Shown here: positions 1 to 19,268 of the stretch, piece by piece
Numbering within the stretch: the first letter of the stretch is position 1
How the letters are laid out: every line of letters starts with the position of its first letter
Source: Eledone cirrhosa
Taxonomy: Eukaryota
Direction of reading: 5' to 3'
Assembly (NCBI GenBank): GCA_964016885.1
Contig: OZ024750.1
Location: 20,832,001-20,896,000, forward strand
DNA: 64,000 nucleotides
Notes under the pieces: model-generated
What the model was told of the DNA's origin: nothing
What the model saw: only the letters and a program-made list of their open reading frames with translations
The model's database searches: none
Position numbers and translations under genes: made by a program

Positions 1-216
<216 letters not shown>

Positions 217-258
217 GAAAGAAATACGATTTAGCTTCAAGCATAGCTTTATACAATG

Positions 259-525
259 TGTATAAATATTTCGTATCTCCAAAGAAATACAGAGCCAACT
301 TATGCAAATGAGATTAATCACCTCATTTACACAGACGTCTTCTAGTCTAGCAGTCGCAAGCGGTGGGAGAGACCATCCTGGCGAAGGCCAGTTAAGCCTG
401 AAATGCATAGACGGTTGTTCCCCTTGCTGCTGCTGGATATCACCAGAGGGCGTTAACCCCTCGGTGTTTGCATAGCTACGGCTTCCTAAAACTGTATTTA
501 TTTGGAGATACCAAATATTTATACA
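259..525. mobile_element. Short element with 34-bp terminal inverted repeats, located between (TA)n tracts and containing a hammerhead-like motif
   Basis: 259-292 TGTATAAATATTTCGTATCTCCAAAGAAATACAG is the reverse complement of 492-525 with 2 mismatches; the right end merges into (TA)n. Confidence 0.7.
372..415 (+). ncRNA. Minimal type I hammerhead ribozyme motif, core variant (A6->G), probably inactive
   Basis: ACCATC-CTGGCGA-AGGC(cagttaa)GCCT-GAA-ATGCAT-A-GACGGT: helix I 5/6 bp, helix II 4 bp, palindromic helix III as in Penelope-type minimal HHRs. Confidence 0.65.
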
Positions 526-526
526 A

Positions 527-579
<53 letters not shown>

Positions 580-628
580 CATATATATATATACATATAT
601 ATATATAAATATACAAATATATATATAC

Positions 629-659
<31 letters not shown>

Positions 660-708
660 CATATATATATATACATACATATATATATACATATACATAT
701 ATATATAC

Positions 709-805
<97 letters not shown>

Positions 806-887
806 CATATATATATATATGTACATATATATATATACATATATATATACATATATATATATACATATATATATATACATATATATA

Positions 888-928
<41 letters not shown>

Positions 929-973
929 ATATATACATATATATATATACATATATATATATACATATATATA

Positions 974-1014
<41 letters not shown>

Positions 1015-1017
1015 ATA

Positions 1018-1049
<32 letters not shown>

Positions 1050-1136
1050 CATATATATATATACATATATATATATATGTACATATATATATATACATAT
1101 ATATATACATATATATATATACATATATATATATAC

Positions 1137-1227
<91 letters not shown>

Positions 1228-1232
1228 TATAC

Positions 1233-1263
<31 letters not shown>

Positions 1264-1428
1264 CATATATATATATACATATATATATATACATATATAT
1301 ATATATACATATATATATATACATATATATATATACATATATATATATATACATATATATACATACATATATATAACATATACATATATATATACACACA
1401 TATATATATACATATATACATATATATA
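526..1428. repeat. (AT)n/(ATAC) interrupted microsatellite
   Basis: Direct reading. Confidence 0.97.
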
Positions 1429-1728
1429 GAATAAAAGAGAAAACACAGGTAAGCATTAAGAAAGGATTTTATCAGGTATTTACGACCGTTTCATTAGTAA
1501 GCGCAACCTTATATCGCTATACTGCAAATAGCAGCCACTCGATAATAACTGTTATTCACCTCCAAATTATCAAAATAATGAATAAGTTACTTGTAAAAGG
1601 TTCTTAATATATGAAAAACAAATTTTTCTTGGGGGATTCGTATTTACGAAAGAGAGGAGAGGGCGAGTTAAATAGGAAGTAGAGGGATAAACGGAGATGG
1701 AGGGAGGGGTAAAGATGGAAGGCTATCA

Positions 1729-1730
<2 letters not shown>

Positions 1731-1762
<32 letters not shown>

Positions 1763-1785
1763 ATATATATATATATATATATATA

Positions 1786-1844
<59 letters not shown>

Positions 1845-2049
1845 ATATATATATTTATATATATATATATAAACATATATATATATATACATATAAACAT
1901 ATATATATATATATATAAACATATATATATATATATATTAACACATATATAATATATATATATAAATATATAATATATATTTATACATACATATATAATA
2001 TATATACATATATATATATACATACATATATATATATATACATACATAT

Positions 2050-2082
<33 letters not shown>

Positions 2083-2091
2083 CATACATAT

Positions 2092-2122
<31 letters not shown>

Positions 2123-2370
2123 CATACATATATATATACATATATACATATATATATATATATATGTATATATATTGTACACACATATATACATTTATAC
2201 ATATATATATATACACACATATACACATATATACATTTATACATATATATATACACACATATACACATATATACATTTATACATATATAGATGCACATAT
2301 ACACATATATACATATATACACATATATAGATTTATACATATATATATACCCATATATACATTTATATAT

Positions 2371-2440
<70 letters not shown>

Positions 2441-2462
2441 CACACAGACAAATACATATATA
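1731..2462. repeat. Compound (AT)n, (ATAC)n, (CA)n microsatellite
   Basis: Direct reading. Confidence 0.95.
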
Positions 2463-2855
2463 TATTTATATATTGGTTTTTGTTTGTTTTTATTATAAAT
2501 TATATTTTTTTATTTATCGGTTTATTTTGGTTTCCAACAAATTCTTGTAGAGCCTCAGCTAATATATAATTTATCTCTCCCTATATTTTGTGGTTTCTGC
2601 ATTAATTAATCGGCGACCGTCAACTACAATATTGATAAGTAAAAGTTAAGGATAAACTGGTAGTAATACTGGCGATATAGTTAGGCTTATTTCGAAGGCT
2701 TCCTATTTCCTACCGAAATAAAGTTGTTTTTCACCAAACCTTAAGTTGTGATAGGTTTAATTCTTCGTTGTGTAATGCTGAAAAGTGGAAAAATATAGAA
2801 ATCAAATAACATCATCGGAAACAGCATATATAATTCGAAACTGTTATAATATCTT

Positions 2856-3030
2856 TTTCTATTTTTGGTACAAGGCCAGCAATTATCCTGTGTATTACTT
2901 GTGCTTTATTTTATCGACCCAGTAAGGATGAAAGGCAAAGTTAACCTCGGCGGGATTTGAACTCAGACCGTAAAGGGGAATAACTCATGTAAATCATGGT
3001 GTCCGACGCTCTAACGATACTGCCAATCCA
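2856..3030 (-). mobile_element. tRNA-derived SINE (family 1, Meta/Sauria-like central domain)
   Basis: Reverse complement of the family consensus: A box TGGCAGTATCG, B box GAGTTCAAATC, central GCCTTTCATCCTTAC-GGGTCGATAAAATAAAG, tail GCTGGCCTTGT..AAA.TAGAAA. Confidence 0.9.
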
Positions 3031-3050
3031 AGTTATCATTACTATTATTA

Positions 3051-3228
3051 ACACCCATTTTTGCAGCATAGAGTTACGTTCTGAGTTCAAATCTAACCAA
3101 GGTTACCTTTGCCTTTCATTCTTCCGTGGTCGATAAAGAAAGCATCAGAAATGCACTGGGGTCGATTTAATCGACTTACCACTCTCGTTCAAATTGCTGG
3201 CGTCGCGCCTAAAGTAGAAATAATTATT
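3051..3228 (+). mobile_element. SINE family 1, 5'-truncated copy
   Basis: B box, central domain and tail present; carries the extra GGGTCGATTTAATCGAC segment. Confidence 0.85.
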
Positions 3229-3251
3229 ATTATTAATATTATTATCGTAGA

Positions 3252-3472
3252 GGGCAGTGGATTGGCAGTATCGGTAGAGAGTCGGACCCCATGCTTTGCA
3301 GCATAGAGTTACAGGCCTTTATGATCTGAATTCAAATCCCGCCGAGTTTAACTTTGCATTACATTCTCACGGGGTCGATAAAATAAAGTACCATTAACGC
3401 ACTAGGGTCGATTTAATCGACCTTAACCTCTCTCAAAATTGCTATCCTTGTGCCTATATAAGAAACCATTAT
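3252..3472 (+). mobile_element. SINE family 1, full-length copy (long variant)
   Basis: GGGCAGTGGATTGGCAGTATCGGTAGAG head, B box, central domain, tail. Confidence 0.9.
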
Positions 3473-3475
3473 TAA

Positions 3476-3667
3476 GGGCGGTGAATTGGCAGTATCGGTA
3501 GAGCGTTGGACGCCATGCTTTCTAGCGTAGTTACGTCCCTTTACAGTCTGAGTTCAAATCCCGCCGAGGTTAACTTTGCCTTTCATCCTTACGAGGTCGA
3601 CAAAATAAAGTAGCAGTAATGTACTGGATAATTGCTGGCCTTGTGCCTAAAAGTAGAAACAATTATT
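3476..3667 (+). mobile_element. SINE family 1, full-length copy (short variant)
   Basis: Same head, B box, central domain and tail, ending in ATT repeats. Confidence 0.9.
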
Positions 3668-5400
3668 AATATTATTGTTGTTGTTCTTGTTGTTGTTGTT
3701 GTTCCTAAAATTTCCTTTATGTATATTCAACGTAAACGTCATCATGGTATAATTTGTATCCTGGTATTGTCCTCAATTTCACGTTTTTTGTTTGTTTGTT
3801 TTTTTGTCTGTGACGAATAAAAGAAAATATTATTCTTGTTATTGTTTGTATCGGTAGAACTTCGGTAAAATGCTTTGTGGCATTTAACTAAGACTCTGTA
3901 AGTTGTAATTGACACCCCGGCCACAAAATCTTTGGTCTTATGCCTACATCGGAAACCTTAGTTATTATTTATATTATTTTTAGATTTTGGCCAGAGATGA
4001 AATGTTTACATTTCTCTATTGCAGTATTTAATTGGATGTCTTTGTCTTTCTTTGTGTGTCAAATGTTTGTGGATATTTATAATTTTTTACTGTCGTTGGA
4101 ATAAATAAATCTTTTTATTGTATCTTCTATGTTAAGTAGTGTGTCAATTACATTTCTTTAATTGTGAAAATGATGTTTTCTTTAGTGGTAGTGGAAGGAC
4201 AACCTCAATGTGTTGTTGTTACAATCCCAGTGGGAGGAAAAATTGAACGAATGTAAAGAGAAATTCTATTTCATTAAAATAAAATAAAAATATGCTTTAA
4301 AAGAGAAAGAAAAATAAACCATAACACATGACGGATAAGTGAACACATGAACAATGAAAAAAATTATAACACGAATAATTGGCCTAACAGACATTGAATT
4401 GATAAAACTAACTATGTGTATTTCGTTGGATTTCCCTCAGTTCCAATGATGATTGTTCCATTTGTTTGCTCAATATAATAGTGTGCTCGTCAAATTCGCG
4501 TGTGTATGGCTCAGCATTATTTTGGTACAGGTAGCCGTAATTCAATTCTCAGGAAGAATCATATTAACATAGTGCGTGTCAAAACGTACCGCACTGAATA
4601 TAAGATGTAACGCATTTTGGGCAGGTGAATTGAATGAAACAATGTCAAATAAAATATATGGTCAAAGACACAACGTGCCCTCATAAATTGAATTCATAAC
4701 CTTACAATCGAGATGCGAACACCCTAGCTTCTAATTCATACAATAATCACTGCTAACAAATACAAGACAACAATCATATAAAAAATATTCCATGGCAATA
4801 CTGACTATAAAACTATATAAATATTACGATATCGGGGGAAAATCCGAGAATAGCACCTTTCATCATTCTTAGCGATGGTTTCCATATTTGTTCTTATTCA
4901 CCCGCCAGAGGAAAGACACCTAACTGGTTTAGGTACCTTAAATATTATCCTATCAATTTACCCAAGGAACTCATGGAACAGATCTCAAGACGAAACTATT
5001 TTTACGCCCTCTTTTTATTATGGTCATCGTTAAGATTAAATAAATAGAGCTGGGAAGGCTAAGCGTTTTAACACTGTTTGTTGGTTAAGATGAAAGCTGC
5101 TGTCTAATACAGAATGTCTTAGTATAATGTGTACAATATTCTATTCGATTGAAAAAAATAAAATAATGATTTCTAATTCAGACAATAGTTGATTTCGTGG
5201 AAGTCGATTTTAATCGATATCAGTACTGACCCAGGATTTTGCGTTACCAATACGAAATTGTTAAATGCTTTCCTAGCATAGACACAAGAGCAGGAACTGC
5301 TTGGAGGATTTAGTTCATTATATCGATTCCAATACATTACTGACACTAAATGTTTCCTACTTTCGGAAGACCGAACGTCAAGGTGTACCTCGACAGGGTT

Positions 5401-5585
5401 TGTTTCTACTTTTGGCACAAGACCAGCAATTATCCAGTGCATTACTGGTACTTTATTTAATCGACCCCGTAATGGATGAAAGGCAAAATTAACCTCGGCG
5501 GGACTTGAACTCAGAATGGCAAGGGCCGTAACTCTATGCGTCAAAGCATGGTGTCCGACCCTCAACCGATACTGCCAATCCACCG
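5401..5585 (-). mobile_element. SINE family 1, full-length copy
   Basis: Reverse complement of the family consensus. Confidence 0.9.
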
Positions 5586-8384
5586 GTATAGGGCTAATAA
5601 TACTGGTAGGGAAGATGATAATAGTAACAATGATATACAGGAAGAACAATATTAATGGTAGAAGCAACAATAAGAAAGTTTATCGCAGAACTTTGTAAAA
5701 CGAAAAACAAAAGAAAGTTTGATATGTCTTTGTTTCATATATATATATATTTATTTACGTATTTATTCAATTATTTAATTAAAAATCAACCACCACATTT
5801 TATGTTCTTACATTTTATTTGCATTTCTAATCATTCTTGTTCTTGTTTTGTTGTTATATTTTTACTTTTCGTGGTGTATTCTGATGACGACGACACGATT
5901 TTCGGTTGTAGAGATAGGTCTTAATTCGATTATATAGTGTCTTCACAGAGAAAAAAAAAATGCACAAATAATCAAACCACATAACATCATCGATAATAAG
6001 AAACGAACAACACATCATGTTTCTGTGTAAAAGGGGGAGGGAGGTGACAAATATATAACGGCAATAAACAAATAATATTACAAATACAGGAAATATCTGC
6101 AGAAGGCTTCATCGAAGAAGAAAATGTAAATACCAAAAGAGCAACATAACGAAATAAAAACAAAAACAAAAGTTTTGGCAAAGGATATCATTCGAAATAC
6201 ATTGTCGATGCTGTTGTGTAGTATGTAAACACGGGTGTTGTTGTAGTTTTTACTATTGGTGTTTTTGTCGTTGTTGTTTAGCACTAAGTCACCTCTGATG
6301 GAGCTACTACGATACCAATTGTTACCATTTTGACGTCACTTTTCTTCTTGTATACTGAAATATATTATCTAGCATATCCTATTTTGTTTCAGATAGTAAT
6401 ATATGTATGAGATGAGGAAAATGCGGCTGCTATATTTCATGCATTATATTATACATAATATCCTATATTTCTCATGTTAAGCTATCTATGAATTGAGGCA
6501 AATTATGCATCTACTTCAGACAGGTCAATGGAAAATGTGATAGTTTAATTCTTGGCATATTTACTTACGTGATCCTTTTGAAAATGAATAGATCACGTGA
6601 ATGTCTTACTGTGTTAGATTCTAACATTATTACCTTGCTACTTATTCAAGCAGGAAAAGTTATCTTAATGCCCTAAAGACATGACTCAGCTGAAAATATA
6701 CATTTAGTTCCCAAACAAACTTCCCACTTATCACTATATTGGCAGAGTTGGCCACCTGCATGACGTTTCCTTCATCCTATATGTTGGGATCACGAGTTGG
6801 GCAGATGATAGGCTCCCTTACAATAGAGAACGCTCGCTCCCTCATATTACCCGGACCCACATCACAAGGATAGTGATGTTGAGCTTTACTGTAAGATATA
6901 AACACTACGCAAATTATGTTTATATTATACCAGTCATATGTCAGTCAACATACGATGAAATGGTTCTAGTCTTATCTTATATTTTTCGTTTTTGTTTTGT
7001 TTTTGTTTTGTTTTGTTTTGTTTTTGTTTTGCCTGTTTTCAACTCGAAAGCATCTAGCATGAATAATCCTAGTACGGGCTAAGATACCAGAATTAGAATG
7101 TAGATACAACAATAGAGAGAGGCTTGACAAAAAATGAAATAAACCACTTTTGAATTTTGAAAGCATTTCATATACATGATGAATGTACCAGAATGATTAA
7201 TCTTATACAATAGGCAGAAGCTAGGTTGAATATTTAAGACTTTCATAACGCAATCACATAATTTTGTCTTTTTGTGTGTGTGTGTGTTTTGTACCATAGT
7301 GTAAATTGTCTTACACAAAATGCTGGAAGATTGTTAGATAAATATAATCACTTTAAGACATTCATTATCATATTTTTAATGAAACACAAATGCTTTTGAA
7401 AATGATTATATCTATATTAGCAACATTTGCATAATTAAGATGGTGTGCTGAATATAACTTCAAGTTTCTTACATGAACTTATGGTGGGAAGCTTTTAGAT
7501 AAAATTAAAGACTTTGAAATAGCGTTTTGTAACGGAGAACCAGTGAGGATCTCAATCCCTTTGAAGTATCAAACACGTTATTCATTTATAATCAGAACAG
7601 AAAACATGTATCTATTGTATCAACAAACATACGAGTAAAATGCATTGCCATGTTGATATAATAATTTAAACTGAGGAGGAAGATATAGCTGTCATTTAAG
7701 ACGCATAAGTGCACCAGCTGTAATGTTTTATGCCAGAATATGTAGAGAGGTGAAAAACACACTTTAGTTATCTAAGTCATTGTTTTCGTTTTTTTTTCTT
7801 CTAACATTAACCAACTTACACTGACTTTCACGGAGAAACAGGGGTGTATACGGAACGTCAATATTTTGAGTATAAAACCCATATTCAAATGAAAAAAAGA
7901 GAACATATAGCATGACAAAACCTGCACCAGTTGAATCAACAGTACAAACAGCAATAAAACGAACATAAAAGAAAATATATCGTCCTCACAATAACCATTA
8001 TGAGCATCATCATAATCAGCAGCAAAATACTCATCAATATAACCATCATATTCAACACCATTATGACCATTATCATTGCAATCCTTATCAACATCACCAT
8101 AACCATAAAAACCGTCAAGATGTGAAGAAAGAGTACGAACGTTAAACAACATCAGCAACACAAGCAAGGGAATTAAAATAACAATAATAAAAATTATAAT
8201 CTAATAATAATCTAAAAAAGAGAATCAACGGTTAGAAAATATAATACTGATATCAGTTAACTTCAGAAACAGGCTGAGAATAAACAAACAGCAAGCAAAA
8301 AAAAGATAAATCAATAACATTTGAAAACTGTATGTACGTGTAAAGGCATACACATATGGTTTATAATTTTACAATTATATATGT

Positions 8385-8394
8385 AAATATATAG

Positions 8395-8481
<87 letters not shown>

Positions 8482-8558
8482 TATAGTAATAATAATAAAT
8501 TTGAAGTTAAGGGTGAAAGCAGCGATTCTTTGCTTAAACTTTAATCTGTTATTTAAAA

Positions 8559-8620
<62 letters not shown>

Positions 8621-8689
8621 TTTTATATATATGAATTTATATATATATATACATATATATATATTTATATATATACATATATATATATT

Positions 8690-8722
<33 letters not shown>

Positions 8723-8835
8723 GAATTTATATATATATATACATATATATATATTTATACATATATATATATATATTTATATATATGAATTTATATATAT
8801 ATATACATATATATATATTTATACATATATATATA

Positions 8836-8902
<67 letters not shown>

Positions 8903-8927
8903 TTATATATATACATATATATATATT

Positions 8928-8964
<37 letters not shown>

Positions 8965-9017
8965 ACATACATATATATATATATTTATATATACATATAT
9001 ATATTTATATATATATT

Positions 9018-9048
<31 letters not shown>

Positions 9049-9049
9049 T

Positions 9050-9093
<44 letters not shown>

Positions 9094-9214
9094 ATATATA
9101 TACATATATATATAAATATATATATATATATATGTACATATATATTTATATATATATATATATATATACATATATATATTTATATTTATATACATATATA
9201 TACACATATTTATA

Positions 9215-9247
<33 letters not shown>

Positions 9248-9253
9248 TTATAT

Positions 9254-9301
<48 letters not shown>

Positions 9302-9307
9302 TTATAT

Positions 9308-9356
<49 letters not shown>

Positions 9357-9391
9357 TATATATATTTATATACACATATATATATATATAT

Positions 9392-9434
<43 letters not shown>

Positions 9435-9481
9435 CATATAAATATGTATATATAAATACACCCACCCACACATACACACAT

Positions 9482-9523
<42 letters not shown>

Positions 9524-9530
9524 TATATGT

Positions 9531-9555
<25 letters not shown>
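8385..9555. repeat. (AT)n microsatellite block with embedded GAATTT/ATTT variant units and a short dispersed repeat at about 8506-8558
   Basis: Direct reading. Confidence 0.93.
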
Positions 9556-9561
<6 letters not shown>

Positions 9562-9889
9562 ATGATACCTCAACGACTACTACAGTCAACACTTCCAACA
9601 AAAACAATACCGTCAAGGTATATGTATACACACACGTGCATGTATGCACATACATACAGGAACAGACACGTATGCACATCCACACACAAACACACACATG
9701 ATGAGTGGTAAATAAAATAAAATAAATACCAGAATGAAGAACGTGATGTTAGAAATTTCAGCAACTTTACTTTGATGTTACATTACGTTGGGATAAAAAA
9801 ACAAAATAGTCAAATTGAATAAACTAAAACACACACATACGCACACACATACATGGGTACACACACATATATATATATATATAAGAATG

Positions 9890-9926
<37 letters not shown>

Positions 9927-9935
9927 ATATATACT

Positions 9936-10634
9936 GTATATGTTTTCTCTTTCTCTTAATTTCGAGTATATTTTTTTGACCGGCCACCTTCCTGGTGGCA
10001 AGGTTGTAAACGAAAAGAAATTGTCATCGCTTGAATCGCAAGAATGTTTTGCAAATGTTGAAGGTGCCAGCTATCGCAGCCATTTGTAGACTATGAATTA
10101 GGGATCTCCGCTTTTTGTCCGCAAGTCCAAGTTCAGTCATACTTTGGTCCAAGCGGGTTGGTATATAAACCGTAGCACCAATAATGATGGGTATGTAGCT
10201 AAAGGTGTATCTTGGATACTGGATTTGTAAACTCCTCATCAATGGTCCGTAGATGTCCTCCTTCTCCTGTATTTTTCTGACAACGTTTACAGCAAGTGGG
10301 CAGCTGATCTCCACAACAGAACACGTTTTCAATGTGTGGTCCCAAACTACAATATCAGGCAGTTGTGCTATAATTTGGTGGCAGTTTTTATTTTCAGGTT
10401 CCACCAGTATTCCTTAGTGCCATCTGTCTCAATATATTCTTCCTCGTTTGTTGTTAATTTTGTTTTCCGAAGTGCGTTCCAGATGATTCTAGCTATTCCA
10501 TCGTGTCTCATGGGGAGGTAGTAGCGAGATGACATTCTTTCGCAGCTGGCAACAATGTGGCTTACATCCTCGATCTTTGTTTTACATAGCCTACATTTAC
10601 TGTCAACTGCTGGCCCTCCTCTTTTGTGCAGCAA
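9936..10634 (-). pseudogene. 5'-truncated non-LTR retrotransposon with restriction-like endonuclease (R4/Dong-like): CCHC zinc knuckle, RLE domain and 3' UTR
   Basis: CRLCKTKIEDVSHIVASC (CX2CX8HX4C), RHD motif, HN(x)PDIVV..VEIS..KEDIY..IPIIIGA. In-frame TAG at about 10368 and a 1-nt deletion in the HN-x-PD motif. 3' UTR hairpin GCCACC-AGGAA-GGTGGC. Both ends abut (TA)-rich microsatellite. Confidence 0.88.
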
Positions 10635-10732
10635 ATGTATATATATATGTATCTATATGTATGTATATATACGTAGGTCCCGGTTGAGTCGGGGATAACC
10701 ACAGTAAGTAAGATACTAGACCTGTAGAAGGA

Positions 10733-10781
10733 GCTTCTACAGGACTAGTACTGTTTCATTCAGATGAAATCTTCAGGAAGC
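10733..10781 (-). ncRNA. Type I hammerhead ribozyme motif (family B)
   Basis: Minus strand GCTTC-CTGAAGA-TTTC(atct)GAAT-GAA-ACAG(tactagtc)CTGT-A-GAAGC; GUA cleavage triplet; U.U at the base of helix II. Confidence 0.8.
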
Positions 10782-10784
10782 ACT

Positions 10785-14644
<3,860 letters not shown>

Positions 14645-14918
14645 GATAAATCTACCAAGAGTTTACGGTAGTGTCCAATCCGTATGAAGAACTCAATGTA
14701 TTCCGGATATCATGGAAAGAAGAGATGTAATGAAAATCCAATTTCGGTGAAAGATAAACGGTATACAGAGTCAAGATAAAATATTAAACAAATAATGAAC
14801 AAACAATTCCTTATATTAAACAAAAAAAGTTCACTATTTAACGATCGTTTCTAGGGCATATATGTGTTATAATTGGTATGCATATTTAACAGATCTATGT
14901 ACAAAATTATACAAAATT

Positions 14919-17259
<2,341 letters not shown>

Positions 17260-17402
17260 ATTGGTTATGCACGTGTGCATTAATGTTTTCCAGGACACAG
17301 TGTTATGTACTGTGTAGTGGAATGTCAGCTTACAGCAGAGTGGTGCTCAACGAAATACAGAAAAAAGGTGTATATTCCAGTTTAGCTATATTCCGGGGCG
17401 TG

Positions 17403-17666
17403 TATAAAGAATTAAAAAGAACAGAAAGATGCAGTAAAAGAGATTTATTCGGTTCTTACGTACGTTTCAATAGACATCAATTTGCCTAGATATCGCTACA
17501 TCTATAATATTATATATTTAGTAGAGCATTCGATATCCAATGCACAATCGATCCCATATCATCAGAGATTATAGATGTAGCGAGATCTAGGCAAATTGAT
17601 GTCTATTGAAACGTACGTAAGAACCGAATAAATATCTTTTACTGCATCTTTCTGTTCTTTTTAATT

Positions 17667-17673
<7 letters not shown>
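17403..17673. mobile_element. Fold-back element: inverted arms of about 105 bp around a 60-bp spacer, ending in (TA)n
   Basis: 17403-17508 is the reverse complement of 17568-17673 with about 2 mismatches. Confidence 0.9.
17454..17568 (-). ncRNA. Type I hammerhead motif with long helix II (family E)
   Basis: Minus strand TCT-CTGATGA-TATGGGATCGATT...AATTGATGTCTATT-GAA-ACGTACGT-A-AGA; palindromic helix III; GUA triplet; only 3 bp of helix I, which is cut by the inverted arm. Confidence 0.7.
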
Positions 17674-17709
<36 letters not shown>

Positions 17710-18819
17710 TAACATTTTTGAAAATGTTAATCTGGATACAGAATGCTTGCCCACACACACACTTACACCCTCAGAAACACGCCATCACGCCCCCAACCCC
17801 CTATATATTATATATATATATAAACAGGTTTCATGAGCCACGGCTATGCCGTTTTGAACATGGGTGTGCCTGTCTTGTAAGAGCTGAGGCTGACCTGAAG
17901 CTAAACTTTATCAATAAGGCTAACAATAATGATAAAGACTGAAACTTTATCAGCAATTCTTTCCTATTTCCAGAGTAATTCCTTGATGTTACATGACAAC
18001 ATAGTACATTATAAACCCACAAATTGTATTTGCGCATATGAAATCGAAATAAGAAATGGATACGGGTGAACGCAAAATAAATTTATCTAATTTCAATAGC
18101 GAATCTTTCTCGAATATTTCCCAAGTGTGATTTAACCAATTGATCCACTCGTTTCTCAGGATTTAATCAACTCGCTGCCTGGAGGAGAATTGTCTACGTT
18201 ATTGTAAGAATAAACTCTCTCTAGCTGCGATATATAGAGATGCATCTATTTTTTCTGTGAAGTTCATAGAAAAATGTTTCTCAATTGATTCATATAAGGA
18301 TAGTCAGCTTCTCAAAAGCGAAGTGTTCTATATAGTAGGCACACTATGTATTGCGTGTATGATATCCCTATCTAAAACACGTTCAACATTTCTCTCTCTC
18401 AATGTTTTCTCTTTCATGCGTAGTCTCCTTTTCTCTCTCTAACTGTCAACTAGCTATCCATGTATATATCTCCATACGTATGTGTATGTATTTATACTTT
18501 GCTGTCTGTATGTAAGGCTCTATGTACATATGCATGAAACAAATTAGCTATCTTACTATTTATATTGTTAGCTTGCTAGAAACATACTTGTATTAAGTCG
18601 TTCGCTAGGAAGAGTTAAAATACAACATAATACAAACTAAAAAAAATAAGTTTCGAAAACACCCAAGCAGCTGTAGCAAAATAAGGTAATGTAACTAGTT
18701 CTTAAATAATAGCACATGGTAATTTCTTCATATTTCTCATTCTTCTTCGCTGACTCACTGTCTCTCCCCTCGTCTTCCTTTTTCTCTTGACCATTCTCTG
18801 TCTCTATCTCGCATTGTCA

Positions 18820-18938
<119 letters not shown>

Positions 18939-19268
18939 ACTATTTATAGAACCACTGAGTGGGTTATAACTGATTTTAATTCACGTTTAAAGGTTACAGC
19001 TTCAAAGCACGTTGAAGATTGTGAATCGTAGATTAACACGTGGGGCATATAAACTCCTGGAAACTAAACAACGAGGACAGCGTCCCCTATACAGTTGAGC
19101 ACGTATGCGTATATGCGATAATATTTGTACATCTATAGGTATATTAATAAAACTATTATTGATGGGATGGTTCTATAGATGCAGCTTCACATTATGTGTA
19201 TCTCGGTCGGCTGGTACTCGGATTTCGCCGAAAACAATGTCTTGAATGGCTATGTATATATATATATT

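Noticed and set aside
302-309. Octamer motif ATGCAAAT
   Set aside because: A single 8-mer inside a repeat element in AT-rich DNA, with no promoter context
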